A DNA stretch of 64,000 bases from Euglena gracilis (GCA_039621445.1 CP154954.1:17824589-17888588); one strand, 5' to 3'; counted from the first letter of the stretch, positions 1 to 13,189 are shown. The notes: generated by a model from the letters alone, not told the origin. Numbers and translations are program-made.

Positions 1-46
1 GGGAGGCGGATGGCACACTACGAAGTGCGCAACGAAGGTCCACGAG

Positions 47-3000
47 TTGACCCAGGTGGCGATGGTCTCCAGCCAAATCGGAGACTACAGGAATTCTTTC
101 TTGTACTCGGTGGCGTTAGCAGGAAGCGTGGAGGTACCCCTAATAGACTTGGGGCAGACAGCGGCGGACGTGGCGTTCAAGCTGGCTGATCGTTGGCTGA
201 ACAAGAGTTCGAAGAAAGACAAGGGGATGACGCAGAAAGCGGAGCGGTCCGCGATGGAGGAGGACGGAGAAGACGAGGAGGACAACGACAACGACGACGC
301 GGAAGAACGGCTCCCCTGGCAGGAGGAACTGGCGCCACTGGCGCCAGAGCTGGCAGCGTGCCTTCGGCACGTCGAAAAGGGAGTGAGAATCCCCTGGAAG
401 ATGGTCCTGGGAGAGCTGCCCAGGTACCAGGGGTTAAAAATGCGAGCAGAGGATAATAACCACAACCAGGACGGCAAAGGGGCCTGGGACAAGCAATTGA
501 AGGCATGGCAACAAAAGATGTTACACCTGGAAAGAATGGTGGCCTGCCTGTATGGCAGTGTGGAGACAGACTATCAAATATTGGCTCAACAATTGTTTTT
601 TGCTGTGGCAGAGCTGGAGCAGACGCTGCTGAGGGAGAGGAAGAAGTGCAGCATTCCAGGGGCCATCCCAAGTACAAACAACGGGCTGTTCTCCAAAGAA
701 GATTTGGCTGTTGACAAAGCCCAATGGGCTCTGAATCAAGCAGGCTTGGCAACAGCTTTCTCCAGACATTCTATGTCTCATTTTCCCATTCCCACAGGAA
801 ACAAAGGATTTAAATTCAAGTTTGGCAAAGGCAAAGGCTATGGCAGCCAATTCAAGTCTGGGAGAGGAAGAGGCTATGGCAGCCTGTGGAAGAGCCCAGG
901 AGGGCAGAAGGGGTATGGATCCCCTACTGAATCTTCCACCTCCCCAATCATGTCCCCAGGAAAGGCAAGGGCAAAGCATGAAGCATCAAAGACCCCAAGA
1001 AGGGGTGAAGCCATCAAGGCCAGACCATCCAGGGAGTGGGGGAGAGACCCCCCAGCTGAACTCCATGGAGGAGATAATCCCCCTGCTAACCCCTGCTCTG
1101 AGGCCATCCCCAGTCTGGCAAGAGATCCGGGAGACAGTGACCTGGCCCACAACAAACTCCCTACCAGAGAATGGGAGAAAGGAATCATCCAGGGCCTGGA
1201 TTTCAAAGAAAGGGCATGGCTGGGGGTGCCCTTGTTTCAGAGACTAAGGAAATGTCTGCCATGGTGGCAGGAGAATGCAAATCAGTGGGTAGTAGCACTA
1301 ATTCAAACAGGTGTGCAGCCAGACCAACCCCTACCCAGGTGTCTGTCAACAAGACAGCAGCAAAAGTCAGAACAAGAAGTCAGCGTGGCCTCAAAAATCC
1401 TAAGGGAGTACCAAGAAAGTGGGGCAACCAAAAAGTTGCAAAATGCCCAAGACACTGTCCACCTAGTGCCATGGTTTGTGTTGTCCAAACCAGAAGGGGA
1501 GGGGGTCAAGCATCGACTTATCACAGATTGTCGAGACCTAAATCAATTCTGCTGTCCAGAAAAGTTCACTTTGGAAAATATGTCCACAATTTTCCCTACT
1601 CTGAAAAAAGGGGATTGGGCAGTCAAACTAGACTTGAAAGATGCATACTTTCATCTGGGACTGGAAAAATATTTCAAAAGGTTTGTCAGAATTCAAGTGG
1701 GACCAGACCTGTGGGAGTTTCAGGGAGCCTGTTTTGGCCTAGGCACCCTCCCAAAATTGTTCATGTCACTGATGAAAGTTCTGCTAAAACTGTGGAGGTC
1801 AAAGGGAATGCAGGTGTTCGTCTATTTGGACGACATCATTCTGTTTTGTTCAACAGAAAATTTGGTGAAAAAACATTTGCTGCAGATGCTGGACACATTA
1901 GGGGAGGATGGGTTCCAGGTCAGCCAGAAAAAGTCTGTGTTTACTCCCACACAAAGGATACAACATTTGGGATTCATCACAGACTTGCAAAAAGGTCAGC
2001 TGGAGGTGCCCCCACACAAACTAAAAACTATCAGAAAGGAACTGGGCAAGGTGGTGATGGCCCAAAAACTGAGTTGCAGAAATATAGCCAGCATTCTGGG
2101 ACAAGTCAGAAGTTACCTGCCTGCTCTGCCATTTTTAAGACTGGTAACCCAGGAGCTTTTAAAGTTCAGCCAGATGCACCAAGAAAAGGGCTGGGATTTT
2201 TGCATCGACATTCCAGAAAGGCTGAAAGGGGAAATCAAAGTGCTGAAGGCATACTTGCAGCCAGGCCTGGGCAGGCCTTTCCTACAACAGGCAAAAAGGG
2301 TGCTCCATTCAGACTCCTCCACATGGGCATGGGGGGGAGTGCACTCATCCCAAAATCAAATAATCCAAGAATTTTAGAGGGAGAAAAATTGTTTACATAT
2401 AAATGTGAAAGAGCTGATGGCAGAAGTTCAGACCGTAAAAGCATTTGCCCAGCCGGGGAAAACAGTGCTGTTAAATGTGGACAATCAAGTAGCATTAAGT
2501 TATCTCACCAAATGGGGGGGAAGAAAACAGCACCTCAATCAGATTTTGGAACCCCTGTTTCATTGGTGTTGGGAAAACCAAGTTCAACTGCAAGTCCAGT
2601 GGGTTCCTTCACCAGCAACGTTGGCAGATCCCCTCACAAGATGGGATCAAGACAGGGGGGATTATACCCTGTGCCCAAACCTGTTCACCAAAATTTTGAA
2701 GTTTTTCAGAAAAGACATTGCTCCAGACACAGACATGTTTGCATCTCCAGGAAATGCAAAATTCCAAAAATATGTGGCCAGATGGCCCCACCACCAGGCC
2801 TTTCTGGTGAATGCATTGAAATGCGACCTGACTTCAGTCCAAGATGTTTATGCCAACCCCCCATGGAAAGTTATTTTTCCCTGGCTCATCAGACTGAGAC
2901 TGAACAAACAGGTGAAATGTCTTTTGGTGACACCCATGTGGGTTTCGAGTCCCTGGTGGCCCCTATTAATCAAAATGTCCAAACCAGGGACAAGGATGTT

Positions 3001-3145
3001 GGTTTTACCCCCCAGGGAAGGCATGTTCAGCAATTGTTGGGGGCAATCAATGCCAAAGCCAAAGTGGCCCCTGGCTTGCACAGTGGTATCAGGTTCCTTT
3101 TGGAACAGCAAAAAATGTCATATCAAGAGATTGAAAATGTCCTGA
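47..3145 (+). pseudogene. DIRS-A gag-like/RT/RNase H/N6-adenine MTase polyprotein, interrupted
   Basis: ORFs 47-2377 and 2405-3145 are in the same frame, separated by a TAG at 2375-2377 where the other copies encode Trp (DFW). Confidence 0.85.
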
Positions 3146-3990
3146 GGAGTTTGGGAACCCTGAAGCGTTATGACAGCGCATTCAGAAAGATGTTTGTAAT
3201 TCTACAACAGAAAGGATTGGAGCCCTTGCAAGTCTCCAGGATGGAGCTGGCCACTGCCCTTTTGGACCTACACAAACTGTCACAAGCTGATGCTTGATGT
3301 GCGTATGCCTCACAGCAGTATTTACCTGGGTTGGAGTCCATCAGATTTCATCCTTTACTGACAAAAGTGAAAAAGGAATGGAATCCTTCAGGGCTGAGGT
3401 ATGCTGTTTTTTGGGACCCCCTACCCATTTTGCAAAGATTTCAGAGCAACACAAAGATTTCTGACATGTCCATCGTGGTGTTGAGATGGAGAATCATTTT
3501 GTCTTTCAGACTTTTGGCTCTTCACAGGGGGGTGGACCTGGCCAGAACTCAGAGGACCATTTCAGTGGTGGGGGAAAAAATTTTCATTTTGGTCAGGAGA
3601 AAGGGTTGGCCTTCACCAAAGTGGGAGCAAGTGTTGAAGATTTATTCCCTTCCATCTTTGAGTCCATATCATTTGATGAGAGAATATGTTGGAAGAACAT
3701 CTCTCATCCCCCAGGGTGCCCCTCTTTTGTGGAGTTTGGATGGCAAAAAACCCTTGACCTCCAACAGAATCAACTCTTTGACAAAGGAGTTGTTGCACAC
3801 TTTTGGCATTCCCATTTCCCACTGGAAAGCCCACAGCACAGGGGGGGCAGGAGTTTTGATGTATAAAAAGTTCGGATTGTCCAGTGAGGGGTGTTTGAAC
3901 TTGGACAGTGGAAAAGTGCCACAGCTTTTTCAGCCCATTACTTACGATTGGGGGCGGTGGATTCAGCAACGAAAAAAAATTGAAAAAGGG
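3115..3990 (+). pseudogene. DIRS-A tyrosine recombinase, interrupted
   Basis: Homologous to the YR of copies B-D (RYDSAFR, FWDP, LHRGVDL, WKAHST). Stop at 3295-3297 and a frameshift near 3890 before GQW...AHYL. Confidence 0.8.
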
Positions 3991-4378
3991 GTCGTGCACA
4001 AAGTCTCACCCCCAGAGTGTGCGAAGCCCGAATGGTCGAGTACTCCCGGGAAGTCTGACCAGGGAGGAAATGACCATGAGGGCGGAGCACAAGAGGGGGG
4101 TGAGCCCACCCAACCCACCCGGAAAAGGAAAGCATCATCCTCGGTGGGGGGGGGGCGGAACGCCCACCCCAGCCCGGGGGGCCCCTGCGGTCCACCTTCG
4201 CCAAGTCGGTGTCGAAGAGCACATCATCGCCAACTCCGGCACCAAAGTCGCAGTAAGAAGCACCCCGCCAAAAGAACACAAACACAAAACAGCCGGCACA
4301 CAAAGCGGGATCTCACCCCCCTCTTGTGCTCCATCCTCATGGTCATTTCCTCCCTGGTCAGACTTCCCGGGAGTACTC

Positions 4379-4977
4379 AAACACCCACTCATTAGCCCCA
4401 CATCCTCCACCTGCACGGAAGTATTTTTCCATAATAAAGCCCCAGCCCCTCTGGAGCTGTGAGGTTTCCAATGGGTGATGTTAACCCCCCTCTGCTGAAT
4501 TTCCTTGCAATGCGGAGCCCGACTTGCCTCGGACTCCCACGACACGGGAAGGAGGAGGAATGGCCCAGGATGGCAGAGCCAAAGAAGATGGTGAGTGAGC
4601 CCAACCCCTCCCTTCCGAGAGAGACACTAGAAAAAGAAAGACGTCCCAGCCAGAAAGGGTGACCCCAGCCAAAAACCCGAGACCGTCCAACCAGAAAGGC
4701 CCCAAAAAGAGACAACAAACGCCGCCAGCGCGGGAGACACCCACAAAAGACAATTTGACACCACAGGGCGTGTCCACAATAGTTCAGTGTTGCCAAGGTG
4801 TCGGATGAGGCCTCATCTTCGCCAACTCCGGCAGCAAATGTGCACTTGCAAGCACCTGCACGCACACCAACCAGACGCAGGAGCATACCAGCTTGCAAAG
4901 AAAGCAGGACCTCACCATCTTCTCTTGCTTCGCCCTCCTTGTCCCTTCCTCCCCCTCTCGGTGTCATGGGAGTCCGA
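4379..4977. mobile_element. Degenerate DIRS remnant (inverted YR fragment plus ICR and right end of the B-type subfamily)
   Basis: About 4385-4507 reads THWKPHSSRGAG on the minus strand. 4507-4977 resembles the ICR, ITR and right end (...gggagtccga) of copies B-D. Confidence 0.7.
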
Positions 4978-5281
4978 CTGGGACTTTCATAAACTGCAGA
5001 GATACTGTGGTCTTCGTGGACCATTCGAGCTCCGCACTGCGAGATGGTGAGGTCCTGCTTTCCTTGCCAACTGTTCTGTTCTGGTGTGTTTGTGCGTGCG
5101 CGGGGGGTGCTTCTTACTGCTTTTTGTTGCCGGAGTTGGCTGATTCTTAATTCTGCACTTCGACCTCAAGGAGAAAGAATTTACTTCTACGAGTTCACCT
5201 GGAAATAAGTACAAGGACTATAATATTCATTGAAGACCGTCAACTTTTCAACTGGTGGATCAAACTTTTTTGCTGACCTTC

Positions 5282-5985
5282 TGTAGGGGTTGCCCCTCCT
5301 GAGGTCCCTGGGGAGGGACCCCTGGCGGCGCAACCCGCGTAGGATCGTTTTTGTTTGAGCCCGACGGGCCCACCTGGTGGGGGGTTTCCCCTTGGATGAA
5401 AAATGGGGTAGGGGTGGGTGTTGTTGAGGATGGTGATGTTGAAAATGACATACTTTTGAGGTCCAATCAATTGATCTTGGATGAATAACCAACAATACTC
5501 AATGACTTGAACTTGATTGTAATTTGAACTTTCCTTGATTTCTTTGTACTTTGAATTGGCTTTGCAATGCAAAACAATTGACGCCAAATGTCAGACAAAA
5601 CAGAGTGTGAACAGAGTGTAAACAGAGCCCTGTGAACAGAAAATGTACAATTGGAGGGGAGCTACAGCTGGGGGGGCTACTTGCTATACTTTGTGCAATT
5701 CTTAATGAATTGCGCCATACCAAGTGCCCACCAAGGGGGTGCGCATGCTTGCGCAAAGCCCAGCAGGGCTTGCGCATCCCCTTGGGGGTTGCCTGTTGGC
5801 CCCCTCAAACTGCCCCCTCCTTTACCTTCCCTTGGCTTGGTAAAAATGGGCTGTGGGGCCCCCTTGGGGGCCAGTGGGGCCTCAAAAGGCCCTTGGGGGC
5901 CTTGGAGCCCCCTCGCGGCCCTTCGTGGCCCCTTTGGGCCCCCTTGGGACCCCTCCTTGCGGCGGGCACCCTCGGACCGCGCACA
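5282..5985 (-). repeat. 3' LTR of the Gypsy element
   Basis: Direct repeat of 18256-18961 with scattered mismatches; TG...CA termini. Confidence 0.95.
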
Positions 5986-6003
5986 CTCCCCTCCTCAAAA
6001 AAA
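5986..6003 (-). promoter_or_regulatory. Polypurine tract
   Basis: Minus strand reads (T)n-GAGGAGGGGAG immediately before the 3' LTR. Confidence 0.85.
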
Positions 6004-6689
6004 TTGCCGTGCAATTTAAATTCGACTCCTTTGCTGGTCCGAGGTGCCGCCCCCCCCTCCCTTTTGCTTTCCCGCCTCCGAAAAAAATTGTATTTTTTTC
6101 TGGTTGAAACGCACAAGCGGTGGCGCCACATGCCATGTGTGGCGCGTGTTGTCGGGGAGGGGGTACAAGGGAGGGGCGAGAAGGGGGACGGGCGCCTCCG
6201 GGCTCGTGACCCGGGGAGGCACCGCTTGGGGCCCCTCCGCTCCCCCTCCGGTCCCGTGAGCCTTCTTGGCCCATAGGTAGGGGCGGACTGCCCCCCCTCC
6301 GCAACACTCGATGCCAATGTGTAATTGTGATTCCCTCCCCAGGCCCCGCTTGGCCCGGGGTGGAAAGCTCCTGCATGTTGAGAAGGAAACATTTGACCAA
6401 CCCAGCAGGGCCGCCCCGCCTTGCCCGGTATCCCGGGGCCAAAGCCCCCCGGGGGCTTGGCAGGGGTGCGTGCTGGAGGGGGCGCCGGGGAGGCGCCTTG
6501 GGTGGGGCCCGTTCCTTGGAGGAGGGGCTGCCCCCCCCCCCCGTGGAGGGCGTCGGGGCTGCCCCCCCCCGCGTTGTGAGCCGGGCCGCCTTGGCTGGGG
6601 CCCGTCCTCCTGAGAGGGGGCTGCCCCCCCCCCCCGCTCTCTCCGGTGTGGAGGGGGGTTGGCGCTTGCCCCCCCCCGGCGTGTGTAGT

Positions 6690-6995
6690 TTCAAAAATTG
6701 GCCGACTGGGTGTATATTTTTTTAAAAAAAATTGGTGGAAAAGCGGCAGGCGCCCCCCCCTCTCGGCATGGTGGGCCGAGGAGGGGTGTGGACGACCGCA
6801 AAAAAAAAATCGGTCAAAAATTGGCAGGCGCCCCCCCCCCCCTCCTTCGGCGCTGTGGGCCGATGAGGGGGGTAGCCAACCGTCAAAATCGGGAAGAATT
6901 GGCAAGCGCCCCCCCCCCTCCCTCGGCACGGTGGGCCGAAGAGGGGTGTGGCCAACCATCAAAAATTGAACAAAATGGGCACGTGCCCCCCCCCC
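6690..6995. repeat. Imperfect ~65-75-bp tandem repeats in the Gypsy 3' untranslated region
   Basis: Recurring aaaaattggc...cccccc...tcggc..gtgggccga.gagggg.gtg units. Confidence 0.6.
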
Positions 6996-7617
6996 CGGAG
7001 CCAACTTGGCCACGGGGCACCCCCACCGCCTAATGACAACGCAACACGAAAATGAAATGGAGATCGACCGAACACTTGAAGGGCTCAAAAAAAAGGGAAA
7101 AAATAATGCACACCCGGGAGCTCGTGGCACCCGTTGGGCCTCCGTGGCCCTGTGGGCCCTCGGGCCCGCAGGCGCCTGTGGACCCCCTGTGGTCCCCTCG
7201 GGCGCCGCACCGTGCGGTGTGGTGCACGTGCGGCGCGTGGGGGCGCCTCGTCTCGTGGGGCGCTTGCCCCTCGGGGCGGGTGGTGGGCGAGGCCAGCCTT
7301 GGGGGGGCTGTGGGCCCCCTCAACCCTAGGGACCCCCCCCGGTGTGCTCCTGTGGCCTGCTCGCCCCACCCGGGCGTCCCCTCGCCCCTCCTGGCCCCCT
7401 CGCCCGTAGCCAAGGGGCACTGTGGGGTTGACTTCGCTGAAATTGAAATTGAAATTGAGATTGAACCTGCGAAACACAACAACAACAACAAACAAAGGAA
7501 ATCAGCTCGGTCCCTCCATGGTTTCCGCACCAACCCCATTTTCTGCCCCCCCCCCGGTGGGCTAGCCTCCACAGGTAAGCCGGCCCAGGCTACGTCTGGG
7601 TCGACGGGGGGGGGGGC

Positions 7618-8151
7618 TTAGGGGTCCTCATCGGAGCCGGGCCACAAGGGCTCGAACTCCGCGAGGAGCAGTTGGAGCACCCCGCCGGGCTCCCCGACCT
7701 GGTCCCCTTCGGCGTCCTCGGCCTCGGGGTCCCCGGCCGTGGCAGCCGCGGCGAGGAGGTCCAACAACCCCGACTCGCTTGCCTTCTCCTCGCTCCCCTG
7801 GTCGTCCCCTTCGCCAGGCGCCTCCGCCTGCACCTCCGCATCCACCCGCTGCGGCGCTCCCTCGCCCACCAACCGCCCCACCACGCTCCGAAGGTGCTCC
7901 ACCTCCGCCGCCAGCCCCTCGAGGTAGGCCAGCAGGGAGCGGAGGTCCTCCGGGCGTGTGGGGGACGGTGGTCGGGGGGAGTCGGCCGGCTGGGGAGGTT
8001 CCGCGGGGGTGTCCAGGCGGGGGCGCTTGGGGACGGGCAAGAGGGTGAGGAGGGCGGCCTCTGCCTCGGCGGCCGATGGCGGCGGGGGGACGACGGGAAG
8101 AGGTCCAGGGACGTAGGGGCGACGGGGCACGTAGCGCTGCATCCTACGCAC
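7618..8151 (-). CDS. Extra ORF downstream of pol, unknown function (short coiled coil, acidic tail)
   Basis: 177-aa ATG-initiated ORF inside the element with LRSLLAYLEGLAAEVEHLRSVVGRL heptads; no family recognised. Confidence 0.4.
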   Translation of the reverse strand: MRRMQRYVPRRPYVPGPLPVVPPPPSAAEAEAALLTLLPVPKRPRLDTPAEPPQPADSPRPPSPTRPEDLRSLLAYLEGLAAEVEHLRSVVGRLVGEGAPQRVDAEVQAEAPGEGDDQGSEEKASESGLLDLLAAAATAGDPEAEDAEGDQVGEPGGVLQLLLAEFEPLWPGSDEDP

Positions 8152-8249
8152 AAGAGCGAAGGATGTGCGTGTGCTCCGTCACCACCACAATCCCCGCACC
8201 CGCCGTCCCCTCGCCTCCACCTCCTACCCCCCAGCCTTATTGACCCCGT

Positions 8250-9700
8250 CCCCGCCCCCCCCTCTTCCCGGGGCAGAGAAGTTCCCACCACCTCCAACGG
8301 AATCCCCTTGGCTGCACAATAATCAACCACATCCTCATTGTACGAGGGGAAGAAATCTGACCATGGCAGCCATTGGAGATCCGTCGGATCCCAATTTTTC
8401 CACCTCACCTGAAATTCCGGGACTCCCGTTTCCGGGTGGTTCCGGCTGCCCACAATCTCCTCCACCACCCACTCATCCGGTCCCACCTCCAGGGGGGCCG
8501 CCTTGTCATTGAAATAGAACAGTGGGAGGGGGTCGGTGGAGAACTCGTCCTCCGCGTGGAGCTTGAGTTGGTTCCGGTGTGTCTCTTGGCGGGCCCCTGG
8601 GGCCAGCTCCACCACATATGAGTGGCGACCCCGGCGGGCCACCACAGTCCCCCTTTTCCACTTGGTGGCCAACTTGTCCGTGCCCGGCTGTGTCTCGGGA
8701 CGGTACCACACCTTGTCACCGACCTCCAGGGGAGGTGGGTCCCTTCTCTTGGCGTTGATGGAAGCCCACCGTTTGGCGTGCAAGGCATTCAGGGTTGAGG
8801 CTACCTTCTCGTCCATAGCCCGCATCCGTGCCATGAAGTCGGCTGCCCCCTCGGCCTCTCGTGGGGGCTGGTGGGGCAGGCCTTGGAGTGGCCGGGGCCG
8901 CCCGAAGACCACCTCGTAGGGCGACAAGCCGGACTCCCCTGGCACATCGTGCAGGTGTCGGAGGGCCTTGCGTAACAGCACCACCCATGAGGCCTCCTTC
9001 TCCGACAGGTCAGCGATGAGCTTGGACAGGGTGTTCATCACCCGTTGGCCTGCCACCTCTGCCCGACCGTTGGCCTGGTGGTGATAGGCCTGCCCGTAGG
9101 CACGCCTCACCCCCATGGCGGCGCACATTGTTTGCCACCAAGCCGAGGAAAAGCGGGGGCCACGGTCCGAGGTCACCACGGAGGGCACCCCGAACATGTC
9201 CCAATGGCGGGACATGGACTTGGCCACCACCTCAGCTGTCAGGCCCTTGTACTTGTGGGGGGTGGCCACCGTCCACCCACTCTCACGGTCCACGCACAGG
9301 GCCAGATAATCATACACCTGGCCCTCGTGGGTCACCTCAGGCATGGCGAACAGGTCCACTGCCACACTGTCCATGAGGAACGGTGGCACAGGGGTGGCTT
9401 TGCGAGCACACTTGAAAGGAGCTCGAGAGGGGTCACAGGCTTGGCAGATTTCACATTGCCGCTGGATGCCTTTGTGTGATTTTCTCTGCCCCCCTTGGAT
9501 CTGCGAACCTATACCACCGCCCCATCTGGTGCCATAGCCTTGAGGCACCTGGGTGGCCCGCGTCCCCATGGTGGGCCCGCACAACCAGCCCCATCAGGCT
9601 GGTGGGCACACAGAGGAGCCCGTCCGTGTACATTTTGTCCCCGTACAAACGGACTCCCTCGGGCCAATCTCCCGCAGGGGCCTGTACACTTGCATAAACA
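8250..9700 (-). pseudogene. Gypsy integrase with C-terminal chromodomain (frameshift in the HHCC region)
   Basis: HHGDAGH and CEICQAC zinc motif split across frames; DDE core VAVDL, VTSDRG, ANGRAE; chromodomain WVVEEIVGSR...EFQVRWKNWDPTDLQWLPWSDF at about 8340-8480. Confidence 0.9.
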
Positions 9701-10249
9701 GGCCCCCACACCGGGCACGTCCCGTATGCCCGAGACCAATCCCTGTCCATCACTGGGATGGAGGGATCCTCCTCCACCTCCTCCTGGGTGTGCACCCCCG
9801 TGTCTGGAGAAAGTGAAATTGGTTCCCCCTCGGATTCCCCAAGATCCCCCCCGTGGGGATCGTTGATGGGTGGGGTCGACTGCAGGTCCTCACTCAGAAC
9901 TCTTCGCCCCGGTTGGTGTTCCTCAGGTCCCCCCTCTCTGGCCGGCCGTTCATTCCCGAATTCATCCACAAACTGATGGGCACGTGGGGAACCTCGTGTC
10001 TCCCGCGTGTCCAACCCAGGTACCCCAGGTCCCTCCCCTCCCATGAGGATGGGACCCGAATCTCCCGAGGGGGCGTCCACAGCCCCCTCCCCCCCCTGTG
10101 GGGTCAGGGCCAGGGCCCCCTGGCACTGAATCCTCAGCCCCCTCCCCCTCTGTGGGGCTGGGGCCATGTCTGTGCTGTGCTGCTGTGTCTCTCCCACTGC
10201 GTGTTGTTACCGCCACGTGGAGTTCCTCCCCGCCGTGCGGTGTCCCGCA

Positions 10250-11500
10250 TTCTCGCTCTTCCCTCCGTTCTTCTTCGATCATGGCCCTCATTGCCTCATC
10301 ATCCTCCTCGCTCCCGTGGAGGCTGATGTCGGCAAATGCCTTGGAGGCAGGATATGCCCATCTGCTCAGGGCATCCGCCACCACATTTTCCTTTCCCGGA
10401 ATGTAGACCACGTGAAGGTCAAACCGGGAGAACATTTCATGCCAGCGTCCCCGCCTTCCCGCAGGCTCGCTGGGCGTGTCCAGGGTTTCCTTGGCCCAGG
10501 CCTCCAGGGACTTGTGGTCCGTGAGGACCAACACCGGCTGCAGGCCGATGTAGGAGGCCCATTTTTGGAGGGCCAGGATGATGGCGTAAGTCTCCATTTC
10601 TCGCGGAGACCAGCTCTTCACCTGCCCAGCTGTGAGCTTCCTGGAGCAGAAGGCCACAGGCACGGTTTTCCGTGTGGTGGCCTCCACGGCTGTGGGCATC
10701 CCCTCCGTTGGCTCCAAAAACTGTTCAAGGGCTCCCCCCACCGCCTTGTCGCTCGCATCAACCCGGAGAATGAGTGGCTGGTCCGGGTTGATGGTGTGGA
10801 GCTCCAATCCCCGGAGGAGCTCCTGCTTCAGGGCGGTGAAGGCCTCCCGTTCCACTGGGCCGAATTTCACAGGTTTTTTGCTCCCCTTTTTCCCTTCCAC
10901 ACGTCCCACCTTGAGGAGTTCCATCAGTGGGGCTGCATACCGGGCATACTCCTTCACGTAGCTGGAGTAGTAGTTGGTGAAGCCCAGAAAGCCCCTGAGG
11001 GCTGTGATCGTGCGGGGCTCCTCCCACTTCTCCAGCGCCATGAGTTTGCCCGGGGCTGGCCTCCGTTTTCCTCCCCCCAGGATGTGGCCACAGAACTCCA
11101 CTTCTCTTACGAAGAAGCGGCACTTGTTTTTGTCCACGACCAGGGGGGTGCTGCAGCAGGTGTATGGGCGTGAGTCTTCGTGCAGGGGCACCTGAAGGAA
11201 GGCATCCTTGAGATCAAGGACGGAGAACAGGTACCTCCGTCCCTGATTCACCAGGATGTCTTCAAACCTGGGGAGGGGGTAAGCATCCGTCACTGTGGCC
11301 TCGTTTAATGCCCTGGAAATCCACAACCCCACGCCACTTCCCCTGTTTCTTGGCCACCACGAATGTGGGGCTGCTCCAGGCACTTGGCACCCCCTCCTCC
11401 ACCTTCTTGTCCCGAACCCACTCATCCACTAGGTCACACAAAGCCCTGTGCCTCTCCCCCGTCAGGTGGATGGGCCTCTGTTTCTTTGCCACAGATCCCG
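10250..11500 (-). pseudogene. Gypsy reverse transcriptase and RNase H, with internal deletion
   Basis: WSSPTFVV, YPLPR, LDLKDAF, FLGFTNYY, VDASD, TDHKSL, NVVADALSR. The segment between STPL and VVDKNKC (about 11140), which normally holds the YxDD motif, is absent. Confidence 0.9.
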
Positions 11501-11949
11501 GTTTTAATTCGATTTTCCCTTCCCCCAGGGGCCCCCGAACGATTCTTTCCCCCCAAATCCTGTCTCGGAGAACCTCCCCTCGAAGTCCCTCCGGAGGGCT
11601 GCCCGGAGCTCCTCATCCCGCTAGATGGTCACCTGTTCCCCTTCGGGAACAAGGATGACCCCTTGGGCTGCCCGTGCTTCGACCTCCCGGGCTGCCCGCA
11701 GGAGTTCCTTGGCCACTGTCTCCTGGGTCGCCTCATCCTCGTGCAGGGGGTTTTCCTCCCACTCAGGCTCCTCGGTGTCCTCCCCCAGGGCTGCCTCTGG
11801 CAAAGCAAGCCGCAGTGCTCTGACTTTTTCCACCATTTTCAGGTATCTCACTCGCTTTTGTGCCTTTTTGTGGGCTGCTGGATGAAATTGCTCACCCTCT
11901 GCATCATGTCCCCGAAGGAGGACCACCTGCTCTCCCCTCAATGCCAAGG

Positions 11950-12310
11950 CTCGGAGATGTGGAAACACCCCGAGCTGGTTTTCCTCCAGCCACGGAAAGC
12001 CGATGATGGCCTCCACGTGGATGTCTGCCTCATAGAAGGAGGCTGGGGCCGTCCACAGGGCCCCTTCCCCCTGACCCAGGCCCCCTCCCGCCGGAGGACC
12101 AGGCCCAGGGTTGCCTCACGTTCCCCCCCTTCCATCTTGGCTCCACTAGCCGTCACCAGGGACAGGGGCTTGGGGGCAGGCAGGAGGTATGTGCTGGGTA
12201 GCATGCCTCTTCGGACCAGGTTCACCTCTGCCCCTGTGTCAATGAGGGCGTTGATGAAGTGGGTCTGTCCGTCTGGCCCCCTGGCCTGCACCCGCATCAG
12301 CAGCTGCCGT
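11950..12310 (-). CDS. Retroviral-type aspartic protease domain
   Basis: NALIDTGAEVNL (DTG at about 12232-12240); AIIGFPWL flap motif in the shifted frame. Confidence 0.85.
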
Positions 12311-12427
12311 TCACTGGCACCCTGCCCCACCTCACGGAGCAAGACCGAGGGCACCCCTCGCTCTGTCTGGGGGTCCCGCTCTGGCTCCGGAGACCCGGCA
12401 GCGTGGGCCTCCGGTGCCGGTGCTGTG

Positions 12428-13032
12428 GCCAGGTCACGGATGAGCGCCTCTGGGATCCGATATTTCAGGTGCCTGGGCAGGTTTTGGTGTTTGCTGCTGA
12501 GCCGAATTTTGTGCCGTCCCTTTCGTCCCCCCTCAGGTACTGGGCTTTCCAGGTTGGTGCAGGTCCGGCCGTCACACACCCGTGGCCGGAGACCCAGGAC
12601 ATGGGGGCTGCCCCATATCCTGGTGGGCTTCTGGTAGCCCCAGACTGCATACTGGCAGTAATCCACGTCCACGTGTGGGATCCCTGCCATGTACCTGCGG
12701 GTCCGCAGGTACCCGTACCGGGGGTTTTCCAGCCACCACCGCCGTGGGCGGAGGTATCTGATGATGGCCAGGGCCCGCTGCACCAGCCGATCAGCCAATT
12801 TAAAATCTCGTTCCCTGGTGGTCAGCGCCAGGCTGAATTCGGTGCAGGGGACCCCGCACACCACCACCTCAAAATCCCCAGGCTGGAACTGTTTTTTAAA
12901 ATTCCATTTTAGCACGTCAACACAAATGTCTGGCCGCCACCTGGGGTCCACGTCCACCGACGTAACCTGGTAACCCAGGCTGCGGTAGACGTCCCCCACT
13001 GAACCTGTCCCGCAGAACAGGTCCAGCACCTG
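12428..13032 (-). CDS. Compact C5-cytosine DNA methyltransferase domain, in frame with the protease
   Basis: Motif I VLDLFCGTG, motif II VTSVDVD, motif IV GVPCTEFS (catalytic PC at about 12844-12849), motif VI WLENP, motif VIII-like YCQY...YQKPTRIW, terminal YRIPEAL. Confidence 0.88.
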
Positions 13033-13189
13033 CCTGGGCTGGTCCGCTCTCCGAAACCTGCCCCAGGTGTGCTGGCTTGACCTCCCATGTGGCCCCCCTG
13101 GTCCCTGGGGGTGGCTCTGAAAAATGTGGTTTTTTTCTCCCTCCCCCTTCGTGTCACCTCCTCCAGCGTGCACCGGTCTGGGTGCCCAC

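Larger units (their letters stand above)
1..4378 (+). mobile_element. DIRS-like tyrosine-recombinase retrotransposon, copy A (divergent subfamily; 5' end outside window)
   Basis: Gag-like ORF, RT (LDLKDAY, YLDD), RNase H (SDSS, NVDN, LADPLTR), adenine MTase (DMFAS, YANPPW) and YR (LHRGVDL, HSTG). ICR at 4005-4104; its 4038-4104 part is the reverse complement of the right end 4312-4378. Confidence 0.9.
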
